This document shows positions 59,145 through 64,000 of a stretch of 64,000 bases of DNA, piece after piece. This DNA is from Eledone cirrhosa (taxonomy: Eukaryota), in the NCBI GenBank assembly GCA_964016885.1, contig OZ024742.1, positions 41,106,001 through 41,170,000 of the forward strand, written 5' to 3'. Numbering within the stretch: position 1 is the first letter of the stretch; the number at the start of each line of letters is the position of its first letter. The translations under genes and the position numbers were made by a program. The notes beneath the pieces are model-generated. The model did not search any database. It was given only the letters and a program-made list of their open reading frames with translations, and was not told where the DNA came from.

Positions 59145-60207
59145 TCCATGGACGAGTTCTCTCCAGCGGTCTCTGTCCCTCATTATCGCTGCCATGTCCT
59201 GAGTCTCCAAGAGACCAGTGTCTGTCCTTAGGACATCAACATATGTTAACCTCGGTCTTCCTCTTCCAGTGTGCCCATGCAGAGGCTCTCACAGGAACAC
59301 TGAGTGCAGTGTCAACTCTAGATGTCAGTGAGCATGTCCAGCTAACCTCAGTCTCCTCTGTGTCACGTTTGAGCTGACTTTTGGGAGGCTTCTGTACAGC
59401 TCTGAGTTCTTCATCCTCAGTGTATACTGATTAATGTTCAGAGCCATTCTCAGCATTCTCGTGTAGCACCCATCCACCATCTGAGTGAGTTTCTTGGTCA
59501 GTGTCCATGTCTCAGACCCGTACAGCAGCATAGACTCCACTACAGCAACGAAGAAGCGGATCTTCTGGTCTTTACGAAGGTCCGACTTCCACACCGATCT
59601 CAAGCTGTGGCACGCCGCCCAGGCTTTGCTCTTCCTCTCGACCACATCATTTTCCGTATTCCCAATCTTTGCTCCCAAATACAGGAAGTCCTCAACCAAT
59701 TCTAGCGGCTTCCCGCCTACATTAGTAATCTTCTCTGGCTTCTTAATATTCTCTACCAGATATTTCGTCTTAATCTCATTCATTTTCAGCCCCACACTCA
59801 TCGACACAGTCACCACCTCTTGCATCAAATCGTCTGCCTCCTTTGGTTTTCATTGACTTTAGGAAGGCCTTTGATTCTGTGGACCATCACTGCCTGATGA
59901 AGATCTTACAAGCTTATGGAATCCCCAAGAAGATAGTGGACCTGATATCACTGCTCTACACCAACACCAAAGCCCAAGTCATTACATCTGATGGGATGAC
60001 AGAGTTCTTTGAGATACTGGCTGGAGTGCTCCAGGAAGATACTTTGGCTCCCTACCTTTTTATCATCGTAGTTGACTATTGTATGCGCCTTGCTCTGGAG
60101 AAACACCAGGACTCTGGCTTTACAGTAACACCGGCTCAGAGCAGGGGAGTTAAGGCGAAAAAGATATCGGATCGTGAATTTGCCGACGACATAGTTTTGG
60201 TGACAAA
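59145..60207. mobile_element. RTE-group LINE with a 5' inversion (3' part minus 59145-59842; 5' part plus 59843-60207)
   Basis: Minus ORF: VGLKMN...FLYLG...LLYGSETW...RLRLAGH. Plus ORF: FIDFRKAFD...GVLQ.DTLAP...FADD. Confidence 0.88.
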
Positions 60208-60332
60208 TATATGTGTATGGGGCCCATCTTTCTGCCAAAAAAATGTTTTACCTCCTTCAGGGTCCAAGTAAGGGGCCTCATAACTTAACTAGCTCGGGGC
60301 CACATTTGTCCTAAATCCGGCACTGTGTGTGC

Positions 60333-60445
<113 letters not shown>

Positions 60446-60861
60446 TCTGTTTGGAACATAGCTTAAATGTTTTTACATCAAATTTTGATAAAATATATTA
60501 AATTAAAAATGGGTCTTTCACCAAATTTAGATGCACTTTAAAATAAGCAGTTAAGAACTGGTGATTTTTCAGGTGGTTTCGTATCAAAAAGGTTAAAGGG
60601 ATAATGTGCAGGTAACTCAGCATTCCACGGACATGTGTACCTTTAACGCAGTTTGCAGAGGAGGTGGGAGGGCTACAGCTCAATTTTGCCAGCCTGAATG
60701 GAATGGAGCGACGTGAAATGATCTTAACCACTAAGCCAAGCGATTTCACGCATGGTAATGGTATTAAAGAGATAAAGAGAAACTGGGTGAAATGGACATC
60801 TAAGGGAAGAGAGAGATGGAGAGAAAGAGAGACGGAGAAAGAGAAAGAGAGGAGGGAGATA

Positions 60862-60968
<107 letters not shown>

Positions 60969-61116
60969 GCTGATGAAGATATTAAAAAAATAATGTGTTG
61001 CTTGGTGAAGATGGAAGCGACGGAAATAGAATAAAAATAAAGTCATTAGACAGATTATGGTAGGGTGGTGGGTGATGGATATGTGAAGTGGTTATAGAGA
61101 GTGAGATAGATAGATA

Positions 61117-63393
61117 TGTTTCTTTTATTTGCCACCAGGGCATCAAAAGTGGGACAAGTACAATGGGGGGGAGTTTACATAACAAGGCGTCCTCAATAAG
61201 GAGGAGGCAATAACAAAATATAAAAATAAAATAAAATATAACAAAAAATAAAATTTATAACAAAATCCTCAATAGAGAGGAGGCGCCTTGGGGGTCGCAC
61301 CCCCCCCCCCGAAAAAAGTGTGCAACCCTTCTCCTCAGGAGCACAGAGAGGGGGTGCTCCCTCGTTCCTTCCTCTTTTCCACCTACAGGCTTATGTAAAG
61401 AGAAGGCCCATTCACACGGGCCATTCTCGCCACTTTCACCCACCTTTCATAAAAACGACTGGGGTGGAGCACCTCTCTCTCCATCCTGATCCTTCTTCCG
61501 AAATGATATCGGAAGAAACGGACCAGTTGTTGACCAGAGAGAAAGGTGCCTGACCTCAGTCCTTTCAGACGCGTCCACCATACAACTTCTTTTCACCATG
61601 GCTATTACGCACAGAAACACCGCCTCTCCTTCATCTTTGAAGGGGGGAGGCGGCTTGATCATTACAATAGACTCGGTGGTCAACCGGATCGGTCCCATCC
61701 TTGACAGCAGTTGTTCGACATAGCCCCACAGATCGGCTACGCCCGAGCAGTGTACCAATGCGTGTGCAACGGTTTCCTCGTTGCACACGCATCTGGGACA
61801 GATCTTTTTGGCGGGGTCCCTACCCGGGCGCCCGTGTCTGTAGAGCTTTTCTCGAACGGGTAGAGCCCCTCGGTAGCACTGCCAGGCCAGGGACTTCTGG
61901 AAGTTGTCCATAGGTCCCGGGCTGAATGTCCTACCGAACAGGCTGGCCAGTTCGTCTTCCTCCATGTCTAGGGCTTCTCCGAGGGCGTCGTCGCACCTGC
62001 TGCGTACCAGCCCTCTATAGAATGTTGCGGTGGAGTCTCCACTGATAACCGGATCCGCCTGCCAGAGGGTGGTGAGCGCCTGGGCACACTCAGTGTGCCA
62101 GGCGCCCAGTTTTCTCGGTCTTTGCTTGACCCAGGATTGCAGCTCGGTGAGTGAGACGAGTCTGGGAAAGGTTCGTCTCACAAACGAGGCCCACATCGGT
62201 TGACCGGTGAGGAATACGTGGAGGTGCCGTAGCCTTAATGCGTGTTTACGCATCATTAGCCACGGCATCCCCAGTCCTCCTTTCGAAGGGTGTTGACAGC
62301 AGATGGATCTCCTCACCAAGGGATCCCGCCTCTTCCAAAGGAATTGGAAGAGCGCGCGCTCCATCTTGGCGAGGGCTTCCCTTGGGCAAGGCACTACGGT
62401 CAGGCGGTAGTAGATGACGGACGCTATATAGGTGTTCGCCACCTCCGCCCGACCTTTCAGGGATAGTTTGCAACTGGCCCACTTCTGGGTCAGTGCAAAC
62501 ACCCTGTTCTTCTCCACCTGGAGGTCTGGTCCGAACCAGACCCCGAGCAACTTCACCGGGTCCTCAGTCCAGCGTCCGACGACGCCATCGGAGGGCATCG
62601 GTCTGCCCCGCCACGTGCCGAGTTGCAAACCGATCGACTTGTCCCGGTTCAGCTTAGCCCCTGTGAACCTTTCGTACTCCTCCAGTAAGGTGCCGATCGC
62701 CCCGATTTCGGAGGCCGTCGACACCATTACTGTCACGTCATCGGCGTAGGAGGACACCGCTTTCCGCAATCCCGGTTCCAAAGGGATGCCCTGCAACAAC
62801 TCCAACTTCCGCAGTAGTGGCTCGAGAGTCAACACATACAGAAGGGAGGAGAGAGGGCACCCTTGTCGGATGGACCGCGCGATTTTGAACGGCTCCGAGA
62901 GGTAGCCGTTCACCTTGACCCTAGAGCAGATGCGGCTGCTGTGCATAGCAGTGATCCAGCCCCTGAAAACGAGTCCGAAGCCTGCCGCCGCTAGCACCGC
63001 ATCCAGGTAACCATGGTCGACCCTATCAAACGCCTTAGATTGATCCAAGTTGATCAGATCCCCACCAAAGCCGGGTTCGTTCCCAACCCTCTCTATGATG
63101 TATCGCATGAGGTGGAGGTTGTCGTGGATGGACCTGGACGGGATAGCACATGTCTGCGCATCTCCCACCAGGTTGCCCACGACAAGCGCCAACCTCTTTG
63201 CTAGCACCTTGGCCAAAATTTGTAACTCTGTATTTAGCAGAGTTATGGGCCTGAAGTTACTTATTTCGTCCCCCTTGTTCTCGTCCTTCCTCACTATTGT
63301 GACTACGCCCTTGGTCACAGTACAGGGAATTCTCCCGTTCTGTTGCCAGTTGCAGTAGACCGCCTCGAGGAGATCGGGGAACAAGTCCGGCAT
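61117..63393 (-). mobile_element. Tx1/L1-clade LINE, 5'-truncated ORF2 (RT plus CCHC finger) and 3' UTR
   Basis: 648-aa ORF: NFRPITLLN, DQSKAFDRV, RQGCPLS, YADD, GGLG, CPRC..EETVAHALVHC; AATAAA near 61124-61129 on minus. Confidence 0.93.
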
Positions 63394-63541
63394 AGAGAGA
63401 GAGATAGAAGGGGGGAAACGGTGAATGGGAGATAGAAAGTAAGAAGGTAGGATTGCGAGTGTAAGAGAGAGAGGGAGAAAGGGGAGACGTAAAAGAAATA
63501 TTACATAATCACATTGCCGGATACACTGAAGAAACTAAGTC

Positions 63542-63625
<84 letters not shown>

Positions 63626-63905
63626 CAGGGTATCCCAAAAATGTATACACACTTCAACAACATTCTATTAAAAGTATGTATACATTTTTGAGGGACACCC
63701 TGAGTATATATATATATATACAGGGTGTCCCAAAAATGTATACACACTTCAACAACATTCTAATAAAAGTGGCGTATACATTTTTAGGGGACACTGTAAG
63801 TGTATATATATATATATATATATATATACAGGGTGTCCAAAAAATGTATACACACTTCAACAACATTCTAATAAAAGTGTGTATATATTTTGGGGGGACA
63901 TTCTG
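63626..63905. mobile_element. Three tandem ~77-bp Tc1/mariner-type palindromic MITEs (63626-63702, 63721-63796, 63829-63905)
   Basis: TA-CAGGGTGTCCCAAAAATGTATACACACTT...AAGTGTGTATACATTTTT..GGGACACCCTG; separated by (TA)n. Confidence 0.8.
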
Positions 63906-64000
63906 TGTGTGTGTATATATAATATATATATATATATATATAAGTATTGAAGTTTCCGTTGAAAATAGATTATATATATATAGAGAGAGAGAGAGATTAT

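Overview
AT-rich, microsatellite-dense animal genomic DNA with one 200-N gap at 22633-22832. The SINE/RTE repeat content and microsatellite load suggest a cephalopod, probably Octopus (inference). One host gene was reconstructed by hand: a secreted GH18 chitinase on the minus strand. It has 8 phase-consistent coding exons from 38628 down to 6030 (342 codons), an intact [11 protein letters not shown] catalytic motif and a probable GC-AG intron; its last exon was not found. The rest is transposon debris: RTE, CR1, Tx1/L1 and CRE LINE fragments, Penelope-like (GIY-YIG) elements, mariner, a Helitron, MITEs, tRNA-derived SINEs and mini/microsatellites. The main hidden signal is more than a dozen type I hammerhead ribozyme motifs. 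Some sit one per unit in tandem repeats (472/425-bp and ~347-bp families) that look like non-LTR retrozymes able to yield circular RNAs, each with an octamer element 77-96 nt upstream of the ribozyme core. Others sit in the arms of long inverted repeats. All ribozyme calls are by-eye base-pairing, not computed folds.
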